From Macrostomum lignano (lineage: Eukaryota), in NCBI GenBank assembly GCA_002269645.1, contig NIVC01002176.1, positions 1 to 64,000 of the forward strand: a stretch of DNA of 64,000 nucleotides, written 5' to 3'. Each line of letters opens with the position of its first letter. Position 1 is the first letter of the stretch. A program made the position numbers and the translations under genes. Shown in pieces: positions 36,531 to 48,804 of this stretch. The notes under the pieces were generated by a model that searched no databases, had not been told where the DNA came from, and worked only from the letters and a program-made list of their open reading frames with translations.

Positions 36531-39500
36531 CAGCAAGCCACTCACGTGGTCAGCAGCACATGGAACTGGGTCTCGCCGCTGTAAATGGCCTGTCTGGCAG
36601 CCTTGCGCTCCTCCATGCTGCCATGGTAGGTGACGGCCTGCAGCTGCGGACACCACTTGCGAATCTCGCGCTCCCAGTTGACAAGGGTGCTGGACGGCAC
36701 AATGACCAGATGAGGCCCGCGGTCGCCCTCCTCGAGCAGCTGGGCTAGGAAAGCAATTATCTGAATTGTCTTGCCTGAGAATCGGAGCGGAAGGTGAAGG
36801 GAAGGCAGGCTGCAATTAGTGCTGACTGAAGTGGGCCGAACTCAACTCTCAGACAGTGACAGCATGATTTCTGCATAGCTAATCGGAAAAGTACTTCTGG
36901 CTCACGCTGAGAAGACTCACCCAGTGGCAGGCATTCACTTCCACTCAAGCCTCATTGCGACACTGATATGCAACTCAAAATTACCCCCTCTTTGATGCAA
37001 CTGCAACAATTTTTTCATCATCTATGCTAACTTTTTTGCAAACTACTTTTTTATACTACTGAATAGTAAGTAGCAAGCAAGAAAAAGAGTCCTTAAAATC
37101 TAGATTTGGGTAATTTTAGAATATCGTGGGAAAAGGTCAATAAAATATCATGCTTATTAGACTCTTTTCAAGTCTGCTTACGTGATCTTTAGGAGCGGTC
37201 TTAAGGGGTGACTCTCAGGATTAATCAGGGGTGACTCTCAGGGTTAATCAGGGGTGAATCTTAGGGTTAATCAGGGGTGAATCTCAGGGTTAATCAGGGG
37301 TGAATCTCAGGGGTGAATCTCAGGGGTAAATCTCAGGGGTTAGTTGCACATGAAGGAACTGCGACTCACCCAGCCCCATCTGGTCGCCCAGTATGGCAGA
37401 CAGGTTCTCCTCATGCAGCAGCCGGAGCCAGTTCAGCCCCACCATCTGGTACGGCTTGAGATGCAGGTCCGGATTTAGTGCGGCCGGCTGCAGCGTGATG
37501 CCCCCGGTGTCCCCGGCCGAGTCCAAGGTCACCGAGTCCAGCAATGACGCCACGCGAGACTCTAGCTTCTGCGTGATGACCTCGCACTTGTTCATGAGGT
37601 ACACCACCATGCGCCTCATGTGCAGCACCTCGCGGGCGCCCTGCACCAGCGAGCTGTTGAACTGTCGGTGGCTCTCCAGCCGGTTTAGCAGATCGTCAAA
37701 ATCTTCGAACGGCCGCATCTTGTAGAGAATTTCTGCTTTCTTCTTGGACACAGTGGGAATGTGCATCAGCTCGCTTAGAGCCGCCGTGTTGAAGAAGTCC
37801 AGCACGGCTGCCTTGTCTTCGTCTGACTGCACCGAGTGCTTCTGTTGGGCGGAGGGGGTATTGAGTGCTAGGTATAGGATGGGATCCTAGATACCGAATC
37901 GGAGTCTTTAGATACGGAATTTGAGACCTTAGATACCGAAGCTGAGGCCTTAGATACCGAAAAGGGGACCCTAGATACTGAATCGGAGGCCTTAGATACT
38001 AAATCGGAGATCTTAGATAGCAAATCGGAGATTTTAGATACCGAATAACTCCTTAGGTACCGAATCGGAGCCCTTAGATACCGAATCGGAGTATTTAGAT
38101 ACGGAATTTGAGACCTTAGATACCGAAAGTGAGTCCTTAGAAACCGAATCTGAGGCCTTAGATACCAAATAAGAGTCCTTAGATACCGAAGGGAGACCTT
38201 AGATACCGAATAAGTTCTTAGATACCGAATAAGGAGTCCTTAGATACCAAATAAGAGTCCTTAGATACCGAATCGGAGGCCTTACATAACAAATAAGGGG
38301 CTTTAGATACCGAAGTCGTTAGTAGATCCCAACCTAATTTAAGATCCCTAAGCAGACAAACTGAAGCCCCCAGCAGGTCAGTGAAACTTCAAACTCACAT
38401 TCTCATAATCGCTATCCTCGCTATCAAAATCCTGCTCTCTATTATAATTTCCATCATCATCGCAGACTCCACTCATGTCAATGTCTTCGTGATCCGAGGC
38501 GGTGGCAGCGGCAGCAGTGGCAGATTTCGCAGGTTTAACAGCTGGCAATGCCTGTTGAGCGCCGGGCTCTCGCTCTGGAACATCATAAATCATGTCATTG
38601 ATTGTCATTGCATGATTAATAATATCAAAAACTAAAATTTAAACAAAAACAAAAAGGTTCGTAAAAAATAATTCAATTAGTCATATTTGCTTACGTAAAG
38701 AAATTAATCTTACAATATAGTTTTATTAACCTATCAGTACAGATAATGAAAAGTTTCATATTTTAATTAATTACAACAATTTATCTTAGCTACAGAAAGT
38801 CAGACACAAAAGTATCCACAAGGGCTCAGTAATACAACTTGAGAAGCAGATCAAGTCTTATGTAAATTTCTTATGTTAATCTTCAAGACTGTCTCTTTTA
38901 ACCTACAGTTTAAATGCTTGAAATTTGGGTCAGCTTCATCGAAGAATTAAAAAAAGACAAACGGCTTCGAAAATGTCTCTAATGTGGAATCATCAAGAAA
39001 TAAACACAAAGTGGACTAAACAGTCCTAAACACGAACGGAAGAGTTATATGCAATACTTTTAAACTTGCAAACTCAAGTCTGTCAACCATCGATTGGATA
39101 TAAAAGAATGTGTAGGGGAAATTTTCAACAATAAAAACTTGATTCAAATTTAGCTTCTGAATATCAAATAAAATTTCACTGGGTCTGTCCGAGTCACAAT
39201 GAATAACTGGGTCACTTTAAATCACTGTACCACCTTGAGTCATTGGGTCACTATGAGTCACTGGATCACTCTGAGTCACTGGATCACTCTGAGTCACTGG
39301 ATCATTCTGAGTCACTGGATCACTCTGAATCACAAAATCACTATGAGTCACTGGATGACTCTGAGTCACAGGATCACTCTGGGTCACTCTGGATATCAAA
39401 TATGATCACTCTGGGTCACTCAAAGTGATCCAGTGACTCACAGTCATCCAGTGACTCAAAGTGATCCACTGACTGTACTCTGAGTCACATGATCACTTTG

Positions 39501-42500
39501 AGTCACTGGATCAATGTTGAGTCACTGGGTCACTCTGAGTCACTGGATCAATGTTGAGTCACTGGGTCACTCTGAGTCACTGGATCAATGTTGAGTCACT
39601 GGGTCACTGGATAAATGTTGAGTCACTGGGTCACTCTGAGTCACAGGATCACTTTGAGTCACTGGATCAATGTTGAGTCACTGGGTCACTCTGAGTCACA
39701 GGATCACTTTGAGTCACTGGATCAATGTTGAGTTACTGGGTCACTCTGAATCACTGGATCACTCTGAGTCATTGGATCACTCTGAGTCACTGGGTCTGCC
39801 TGTCTGTCGGCTCGCCTGCTGAAGTGAATGGGGTTAAAGTTAAAAAATATATATTTTATTTGACTGTTAATGCGAATATACATATAGTTATTAAAGTAAA
39901 GAGACGACAATTGCTATTATGCTACTTAAAGTAATAAAACGGACAGTAGATGGAAATTATATAAATTTCGGGTTAGGAATCAACCAATAAACCCAATGAG
40001 AGTAGTTAGGTAAGAAAATAAAGTCAGACAGACACAAGCGGTAGAGATCTGGGAGGCCACCCCTTTTTTTAAAAGTGCACATGCATGGATCTCTGGGTGT
40101 TTTCAAGTTTTCATGCAATCTAGTCTAAAGTCGTTTTAAAAACTTCAGATATTTTTTATTTTTTAACTATTTTTTTACTATAAAAAAGCAAAAAACGCTA
40201 TTTTTGCTACTGAAAAGGAGTAGGGTGAAAGCGTTTTTTTACAAGCATTTATTATCAATCAAATTTACTACTCACTTAATCTGCGCTTCTGCGGCACCGT
40301 GTACACTCGCAGGGTGGACGAGCCTGGCGCAGCGGCTGCACCAGCGCCGGTCTGCCGGCCCATCCAGGCTCCCGAGTTGAGCTCGGCTCTCACGTAATCC
40401 TTCCTGGCCTGCTGCACCTTGCCCGCCAACTGCTTGCTTTTAAAGAATCGAGCCGCACTACCACCGCCGCTGGACTCCAGCCTGCGGCCGGACAGAACTC
40501 GGATGGCCTCGTCCACATTCTGGTCGCACTCGGACAGGCACTCGGCCAGTTCGGCTTCGGACAGTCCGGGGAACGAGTCCCGCAGAATACGCAAAGCCCC
40601 AGCCGGTTCCGAAGCGTCCATGACAACCAGATCTTCCCGGCTGTCGCTGGCTGCCGGCTCCGGGGCGTCGGCGTCCACATCGACATCGGCAGTCGCCTCC
40701 GCATTGGAGCGTCGGGAAATGACCACATTCGACGAATCTTCATCGTCAATGATTGAAGCGTCAATGCTGCTGTCCGCGTCCTGAGATGAACCCGGGCCGG
40801 CGCGCCTCAGCTGCAGTGCGCTGGCTGCGGTCTCTCTGCGGTGCGGTTTAAGAATTTGAAGATGGCTGGGGCATGGGCTTTTGGATGAGGGTTCCGGATG
40901 GTTTGGGATGGAAGGGGCTGGATGGGGTTCCGGAGGGGGGTTCCGGATGGGGCTTCTGGATGGGGCTTTTGCCTTCATTTGAAGTTTCCACCGCTCTCTC
41001 ACTCACCGGTGCCTCCACTACTCACTCACCGATGTCTCCATTCTCTCCTCTCAACCGCCGGTGCCTCCGCTCTCTCACTCATCGATGTCTCTCACTCCGA
41101 CACCAACCGGACCCCGGTGTCTCTCACTCCGACACCCACCGGTGTCTCTCACTCCGACACCAACCGGTGTCTCTCACTCCAACACCCACCGGTGTCTCTC
41201 ACTCCGACACCAACCGGCGTCTCTCACTCCAACACCCACCGGCGTCTCTCACTCCGACACCCACCGGTGTCTCTCACTCCGACACCAACCGGTGTCTCTC
41301 ACTCCGACACCCACCGGTGTCTCTCACTCCGACACCCACCGGCGTCTCACTCCGACACCCACCAGTGTCTCTCACTCCGACACCCACCGGTGTCTCTCAC
41401 TCCAACACCCACCGGTGTCTCTCACTCCGACACCCACCGGTGTCTCTCACTCCGACACCAACCGGCGTCTCTCACTCCAACACCCACCGGTGTCTCTCAC
41501 TCCGACACCCACCGGTGTCTCTCACTCCGACACCCACCGGTGTCTCTCGCGCCGTCACCCACCGGTGCCTCCGCTCTCTCATCCACCGTTGCCTCCGCTC
41601 TCTCATCCACCGGTGCCTCCGCTCTCTCATCCACCGGTGCCTCCGCTCTCTCATCCACCGGTGCCTCCGCTCTCTCATCCACCGGTGCCTCCGCTCTCTC
41701 ATCCACCGGTGCCTCCGCTCTTTCATCCACCGGTGCCTCCGCTCTCTCACCCACCGGTGCCTCCGCTCTCTCACCCACCGGTGCCTCCGCTCTCTCACTC
41801 ACCGGTGCCTCCGCTCTCTCACTCACCGGTGCCTCCGCTCTCTCACCCACCGGTGCCTCCGCTCTCTCACTCACCGGTTCCACCGGTCTTATCTACCACA
41901 TACATGCGCAACAGTCGGCCGAGTCGGCCGATCCGGCCGACCGATTTGGCGGCCAACCAAGGAAGTCGCAAAAATGCCCACCCGAAAAAACACCCAAGTA
42001 GTAGTACTAAGTAGCTGACGAGGCATTTTGGCTTAATAAGACAGTCATAGTTACTCCTGCCGTTTACCCAAAATTGCGTTAATTTTGCTTTAGGGTTTTT
42101 TTTACATGTAAGTCGCAATTTTGGCCAAAAACTACGTCGCATTTTTGTTAAAACTAAATCGCACGGCCGACCGAATTTTGGAGGTTTCGCATGTATGATC
42201 TACCAGTCTCCACTCTGTCAGCCTCCGCTGAGCTTCCAAGAGCTACTAGAAGCCAGCAAAACAGCCCACAGACCAGATCGCACTCACCTTCCTTGCCCAA
42301 TCTTCACACCGTGGCTGAACACCCGAGATCGAACGTTGCTCTTCAGCTTCTGACGCAGCGCTCTCTCGGCCTCCTTGTCGCCGCTGACCACTCGTTTGTA
42401 GCAGGGGTCTTCTTTGGGCGATTGGCTCAGGCGGCTGCGACGGCTGTTGCGCGGCAGCGGCAAAGGGGTGGCGGCGGTTGAGGCCGGCTGGCGCTGGGCG

Positions 42501-44353
42501 GCCTGCGGAGTCTGCGGAGACTGTTGAGACACTTTCGGTGGAGATTTCTGCTTCTGTTGCTGCTGCTGTTGATATTTCTGATGCAGCTGCTGTGCCTGTT
42601 GTTGCTGCTGCTGCTGCTGCCTAGCGACTAGAAGCAGAGGCGGCACAATGCTTTGATCTTTCTTCTCCTGCTCTTTAGTCAGCAGCTCCATCGCTGTTCG
42701 ACAATCGAAATTTGCTTTGCTGAATGCGTCACAAATCAGCCGGCGCTGCATGCTTGGAAACTGCGACTGGATGTACTCCACATTGGCCTTGAACTCGTCC
42801 ACTGAGATCTCCATGAGCTGAATCTTCACGCTGAATAGAATTGCGATAGTTTTTTTGTTCTTATAATACTGTCAGTAGTATTGTTAGTGCATTTTAAATA
42901 TGAGCAGCATGATATTAAGGTAAATTGGTGTTGGTGTTATCAACTTACTTTCCAGTGACTGTCTGAGGCGCTGAACTCGAACTGGTGTCTTTGTTTGGTG
43001 AGTCTACAAAAAAATTAAGTTTTATTAATAATACTTGATAGCTAGTCAATCATGTTTATCTATCAGCTCCAAACATATGCAAATGAGTATGGCTACACAT
43101 TTAGTAGAAGTCCAATATGAATTCATAAGCATTGTTGTTTGCAATTTTATCTTAATAGACTTTAATAAACTATAGCTTGTCAAGATATTGAAACACAGGC
43201 AGTATTAAAAATTATACAGATTAACATTTTTTATTTATCAATTATAATATTTAGGTTCATAATTCATATATACTAATGTATATACCTTTATAACAAGCAT
43301 GCTAGCAGCTTTTAGTATCAAATAAAGACTTTAAAACATAATGCTCAACTACTTATAAATTTAGTTTTGAGTTAATTTAAAAGATTAATTATATTATAAT
43401 TTATCAAAATAAAAATTTATTTTATTGTCTGTTTGGCAAAGCCACTCTTTCATTCCCTTCAAGTTTTGCTTTTCTTTATGTCCTATCTTTTTGCAAGTAT
43501 TTATATATTCTAAATCACTGTTCCCTTTTTTGCTTCCCTAAAATATGCTTTAGCCTTAAAGCAAATTGACAGGAATAAAAGTGTATTAGTATTTGAACTA
43601 CTTTGATTGTTAAAGGGAAAATCCACTATTCTCCTGACAAATATAGATAAACAATTTAACTTCTATACTTTGGACCTTATATCTTCTTTCTTTTTTTCAT
43701 TTCTTATTTCTTCTCTCTTATATCTCCTTTCATCTCTTTTATCTTTACAATCTTATATTTTTACTTTACATTTAAATAGAAAAAAACATCAATGAAGAAT
43801 AGTCAAGTTTGAAGTCAATCACTTTATATAGAACAACAAGCATTAGCAACCTTATAGCAGCCAAAAGTTAGTCAATTTTCAAACCCCTTTTCTAAATCTT
43901 GCCAGGTAAAGCCAAAGGAATTAGACTATAGAGAAAGATGGAACTTAGGGTGCGAGGTGGCTGCCTTGTTGACAAAAAGTAGACTAACTTTATTTAAAAG
44001 TTCATAGAACCATTAAAAATTAAACTAGGTTTTTGTAAAAAGTATATATATATACCCAAAAAACAAAATGTTTAAAACAATTTACCATGCTCAGAAGACT
44101 GTGACTGTGAATAAGGATTTCCATTAGTAGGATCCTCAGCATCAACAATTATGCCAGATGAAGGTACTTGAGCTGTATCAGGCCCAGGACTACTTGGAAT
44201 ATATGTATTCACAATAGGTATTTGCACAGAAGATGCAGGATCAAATGCAGGGGTCACTTCTTGCAAAACAACTTGATGGCATTGATTAGGCACTTCTGCA
44301 ACTTCATTTAGCTGGGCTAAAAAACTCTCCTGCTGTGGCTTATCATCAGTCAT
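30813..44353 (-). CDS. SMARCAD1: SMARCAD1/Etl1/Fun30 SNF2-family remodeller; exons 44086-44353, 42949-43003, 42288-42830, 40276-40835, 38399-38574, 37370-37841, 36546-36774, 34201-34483, 33160-33940, 30813-31486; ~1346 aa
   Basis: All nine introns GT-AG and phase-consistent. Two CUE-like domains ([10 protein letters not shown].., [12 protein letters not shown]..); [110 protein letters not shown]. The true start (44353 or further upstream) is less certain. Confidence 0.93.
32005..32465. repeat. 23-bp intronic minisatellite TATACTGAAGCCATAGACTACCC
   Basis: Direct tandem repeats. Confidence 0.95.
32925..33135. repeat. (AGAC)n-type degenerate microsatellite
   Basis: AGAC/AGAT/ACAC units next to the splice donor at 33159. 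Confidence 0.9.
33962..34135. repeat. 14-bp intronic minisatellite CTGATTCTCCCATT
   Basis: Direct tandem repeats filling most of a 260-bp intron. Confidence 0.93.
34528..35578. repeat. 31-bp intronic minisatellite GAAGGTTGTGACACAGGTTTGAAGGCACTCT (~34 units)
   Basis: Highly homogeneous direct repeats; source of the spurious 400-500 aa ORFs. Confidence 0.97.
35700..36230 (-). mobile_element. Possible degenerate LINE fragment (pre-RT region) in a SMARCAD1 intron
   Basis: [19 protein letters not shown] loosely resembles the L..LD..KA.GPD.IP..LL segment of LINE ORF2; no catalytic motif seen. Confidence 0.3.
36335..36530. repeat. (AGAC)n microsatellite
   Basis: Long AGAC/ACAC run next to the donor at 36545. 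Confidence 0.97.
37204..37340. repeat. 23-bp intronic minisatellite GGGGTGAATCTCAGGGTTAATCA
   Basis: About six direct repeats. Confidence 0.9.
37885..38315. repeat. Degenerate ~21-bp intronic minisatellite with CTTAGATACCGAA core
   Basis: Core repeated about 20 times with variable spacer. Confidence 0.9.
39205..39795. repeat. 18-bp intronic minisatellite CTCTGAGTCACTGGATCA with an internally inverted block
   Basis: Direct repeats; units at ~39420-39470 read as the reverse complement (TGATCCAGTGACTCA). Confidence 0.93.
41085..41885. repeat. Compound intronic minisatellite: 25-bp CCGGTGTCTCTCACTCCGACACCCA then 24-bp CCACCGGTGCCTCCGCTCTCTCAT
   Basis: Period 25 up to ~41550, period 24 afterwards; shared CCACCGGTG core. 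Confidence 0.96.
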
Positions 44354-47300
44354 ATTTGTTATGGATAGTTAAGTCTGTCTAGACTCTAGCCTAGGCTATA
44401 TACACTTCTGTGACTTCTAGAGCAGCAGATTTTGGAGGCTTTTTATTTAGTCAGGACTAGGCCCTATTATGGCAGTGCTGCTAAAAACAAAAAAGTGTGA
44501 CTAAATTCAAGCCAAATAGCAGAACTATAGTCTATACTATAGTCTATAAAACAAATACAGCTAGCACTAGGGCCTATAAACTAATATACATTAAATTAAT
44601 TGTCAGTCAAAAAATGAGTCTACTCGAGCTACATAAAAACAGCTGTCAGAAGTCAAATAAAGAACATGTAGGTAAGATTTAACAATGTAATTTGCTTGTG
44701 AACTGATCAACCAGAGATTAAACTGTGTTTCAACAAAATTCTATCCACACTCTAGACATACAGCCACAGTAGTACGGAAAGTAGAAGGCAAGAAAAATGA
44801 AAATATTTGGCAAGTTTATTTTCCAAGACTTTTACGTGTCTACTATAACAAAAAATAGCTTAAAATTCAAATATACTTTATAATTGTTTAAAAAATAACC
44901 ATATATTTTTATATATTAATAATATTTTTTTGTAAATTAAAACTAAAAAGTTTTTTTATACTCCGATATTTTAACCGTGGTTTTTTAAATTAATAAAACG
45001 CGCTGCGCAGCGGGGTAGTTCTCAAATTAAGGTCATGATGTTTTGGTACAGAAAAAAAAGTTTTTGAATAAAGTAATTATTTTGCAAAAACGATTCTTTC
45101 GTCAATTTAATTAAAAAACTGCCGTTAAAACCACAAGAAACCAAATATTTAAGACGAAATCTAGCAATTTGTTATTTTTCGCAACGGAAAATAAAACGAC
45201 CAAAAATTGTGAAATAATGCAAGTTTTCTTTTATTTTTTTATGAATTAGATACATCTTTTATTCTATGTTTACTATTTAATAAGTATTATTTCAATAGAA
45301 AATGTTATTTTTAAATCAACATTTTGTTTTTTTCGTATAAATTGCTTGTATTTAAAATTATCGCGTAACAAGAAACACCCGAAATAATTGATATTGTACC
45401 ACTCAAGAACTTAATTATTGTACTTAAACACCGAAATATGAAGCTTAAAATATACAAAACTGGTTTAGCTAAAAATTAGGCTTGCAAAATATGTCTTTTA
45501 AAGCATTAAAAGTTTTTTTGAATTAGAATATATATAGTAAACGAGCTAGGAAGCCATTTCTTTTAAAACCTAAAATGCATGTATCTTTTTTCGAACAGAC
45601 TTGCGTTTTTAAAAAAAATACTTCAGCAAGCATTTATATTCTGCAACATAGCTTTAATACTATTTTACTATTTTACTATACTATTTTCTTATGTAATTAG
45701 GCTGCATAACTACTAAAAGAACAGCTTATAAATTTAAATTAAATACTTTGGTCTTGGTAAGTTAATTAGCCTATTACAGACGTCTGACTCGGCAGCCACA
45801 TGGATCACTGCAATTGCTCTGGCGAACCTCTGTAATCGATTCTGGCCCTGCACTAGCTGTAATGCTCGGTATACAATTCGTCTCATTTGATAAATTACGT
45901 CGATGCCTGCAGAACTAACCACACCCAAAGGACCACTGCACATCTTAGCATTGTGGCACATACAATGATGCTGGTGTTCTGGCAGAGAAACAGGTAAAAG
46001 TGCAGCAAATGGCATTACATATCCGTCCGAGAGGTGTGCAGTTTACAGTGCTTTAGCCAATTGGGTCAGTAGAATTAAATCGATCACATTAGAATAAAAG
46101 TAGATGTTCGCTGTACATGTAACAAACCAATAGCAAGACACTATTGGATGTCTTTCCCTTCTACTGATGCTCGTACATCAGCTGGCTGTCTCCACAGGCC
46201 ACAGCTCATCGCATTCTCTGTTAACCGCCGCTTCAGTGCTGTCAGCCGCACTTAACTGTGTCTGGCCTCGGTATATAGAGTCAGTCCCAATGGAAAATCA
46301 TCATCTAAAACATATCTAAAGCGTAATTGTCAATCGAAGAGTAATATAAAATATAGTATGTCTGTTATGGTACTGCCATGACTAATCTGTTAAACACTTC
46401 AAAAATTCGTGTGGCAGCACTCTCTGTAGAGATTCCATCTTTCTGTACCATATTTAATATTACATTGCCAGCATCAATGGCAATTAAGTTTTTTCTTTTG
46501 TCTTTTTTCTTGTTAGTAGCTATATGCATCCAAAGGTGGAAAGTATCAACTGAATGTTTAAGTTGCTACATGTATATCTTTAATGAATTGCAGAACATAT
46601 GAGAATGAATTTAATGTTTCAAAAAAAATAATTTTTTGTGCTTCAGACAGCTAATTTCATTGATAATAAATCAGATACAAAATTGTTTTAATACTATTTC
46701 TTGACTAATCAAATCATGCAACTTTTTTATTATTCGTTACTCTTATTTTCTTTTCAGTTTCTACTACTCTCTTTCTTCTACTACTACTTTCTACTACTTT
46801 CTTCTACTCTTGTTTTGACTCATTATGTTTACTTGTAACTTACAATACAAATTTTAAATCAGTTGAAAAAATTGTGTGAAAACAACAAAAAACGACTGTT
46901 TTTAAGAGAAAAAAAGTCAATTTTATCTACATAAATCAAATTCTGTTTGTTCTGACTAACATATTGGGTGATCAATAGCAAAAATTCATCTAAATTACGA
47001 GCGTACATAAAAAAACATCCAAAAAACCTAACAATGTGCTGAGAAAATTTTTTTTCATAACTAGAGACAAAAAAGTGGTACTTTTTCTCATCCCACAGAT
47101 GAGGACTTTAAATTAAAATAACTTTGGTGTTACTTGCTTTGTTGTAGTCAGCGAAATCTCTCTTTGTTAGGTTAATTTTGTGCTATTGAAAAAAACTTAA
47201 AATTGAATTTATTTAACTTTTCTTTCTTAATATAGAATGAAACTGCCTTAATTGATACTTTAGTGTTAGATATGACTATCTTTCTTAAAAAACAGCAGAA

Positions 47301-48804
47301 AACGCAGCTATTAGCGTATTCTATCAACAGAACAAATTAATTAAAAGTGGATTTTTTTATCATTCATAATGTTACGTTTCTAGCAAAAATCGAAATAGCA
47401 ACATCTGCTTTGCAATCGAAAGAGTTAAATGGGTTCTAGGTTGTGCTAACCAAAGTTATAAATAACATTTATCAATTTTCTTCTTTAATAAGACCACGTG
47501 AACAGAATGTAGCTTCTCTAAAGTGGGTATTATAACTCGTGCGATAATAAAAATATATATCGAAAAATGAAATAGCGCACTCTGATGAGATTAACATCAA
47601 AAGTTCAATGTTAAAAAAGATTAAGACCCATGAGAGGCATATATTTTTTAAGTCCTTTTAGAGCTAAAATAAGAAAAGATTCAATATTTCAGGCTGATTT
47701 TCAAAAATATTTGTTTCACTGCTTACGACTAAACTTTGAGAACGACCCAGCGACCTCAATTTTTTTTAATTATCTAGCGTGCGCCTTATACTAGCCTAAG
47801 ACCATAAGCTGATGCCTTATTTTAAATATAGATCTCTAGAAAATAATGCAGTTTAGAATCGATCTTTATTTAACTAGGTTAGACAATATTTGCAGTTTTT
47901 ACTATTACTTTCTATAATCGAATGTACGATTGCTAGTACGCAATATCCTCGTTTTAATTGATATGCTGCTATTCATTTATCTACTTTTTAAATGCAACGG
48001 CGCCGGTACGTTTTAGGAATATAGGAAAATGAATGCAAGAAACAAAAAAATAGAATTTTTTCTTTCTTTTCTTTTTTGTTTAATCAAATTGCAGTTTTAA
48101 TGATGTTTGCGGTGACACGTTTCCGATTATCAGGGAATTATACAGAAAGATGGTAGAGTTAGTTAATTAATTGGGGGGGGGGCGGGGGCCGAAGTTGACC
48201 TCAGCCAGGCGCCCATTGTGAGACACGCTAGACGCCCACTAAGCCAGAGTGATGGAGCAGCTTCCTAAAACCAACTGGCGGTTAGCCATCCTAGTTGGGA
48301 GGCGCGAGTTAGGCCTGTGCTGCAAATAGATAGGCGCAATGAGTCAGTTAAGCGGAAGTGGGCCCGCGCCGGCCCAAACGAGTGTTATTTACAAGACATT
48401 AAATCAGGGGGGTTAGGCAAATTAAGAAAACGAGAGGGGTAAGTACGCGGGGGATACGCGACTGAGGAAAAAGGCAAGCTTGGGCCAATCAGAAGGCAGC
48501 GAGAGAGAAAGATAAGAAAACAAGAGTCAAGACTGGACTAGACAGAGGGAGAAAACAGCTGAGTAAACAGAGACAAAGGGCAAACGGTCGAACAGAAGAA
48601 ATTACTTGCAGCTGCGACACATGTACATTGAGGGGTGCTGGGGTGGCCTCACTTTGCGGTTTAGCGCGGTTTAGCGAGTGGCCGAATTCGGCGCCCACCC
48701 CAGCCTGGGAACATCCAAGCTTAAAAGGAATTAAACTATTTAAAAAATGCTGCTGATTTCCAAGTTCCTCAAATATTGCAATAAACATTCAAATCTCCGT
48801 TGCG

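Noticed and set aside
40873-42018. Three overlapping 317-381 aa ORFs
   Set aside because: Stop-free readings of the 25/24-bp intronic array.
45734-46330. Possible additional exon(s) upstream of SMARCAD1
   Set aside because: One plausible acceptor, but no convincing donor, phase match or domain similarity.
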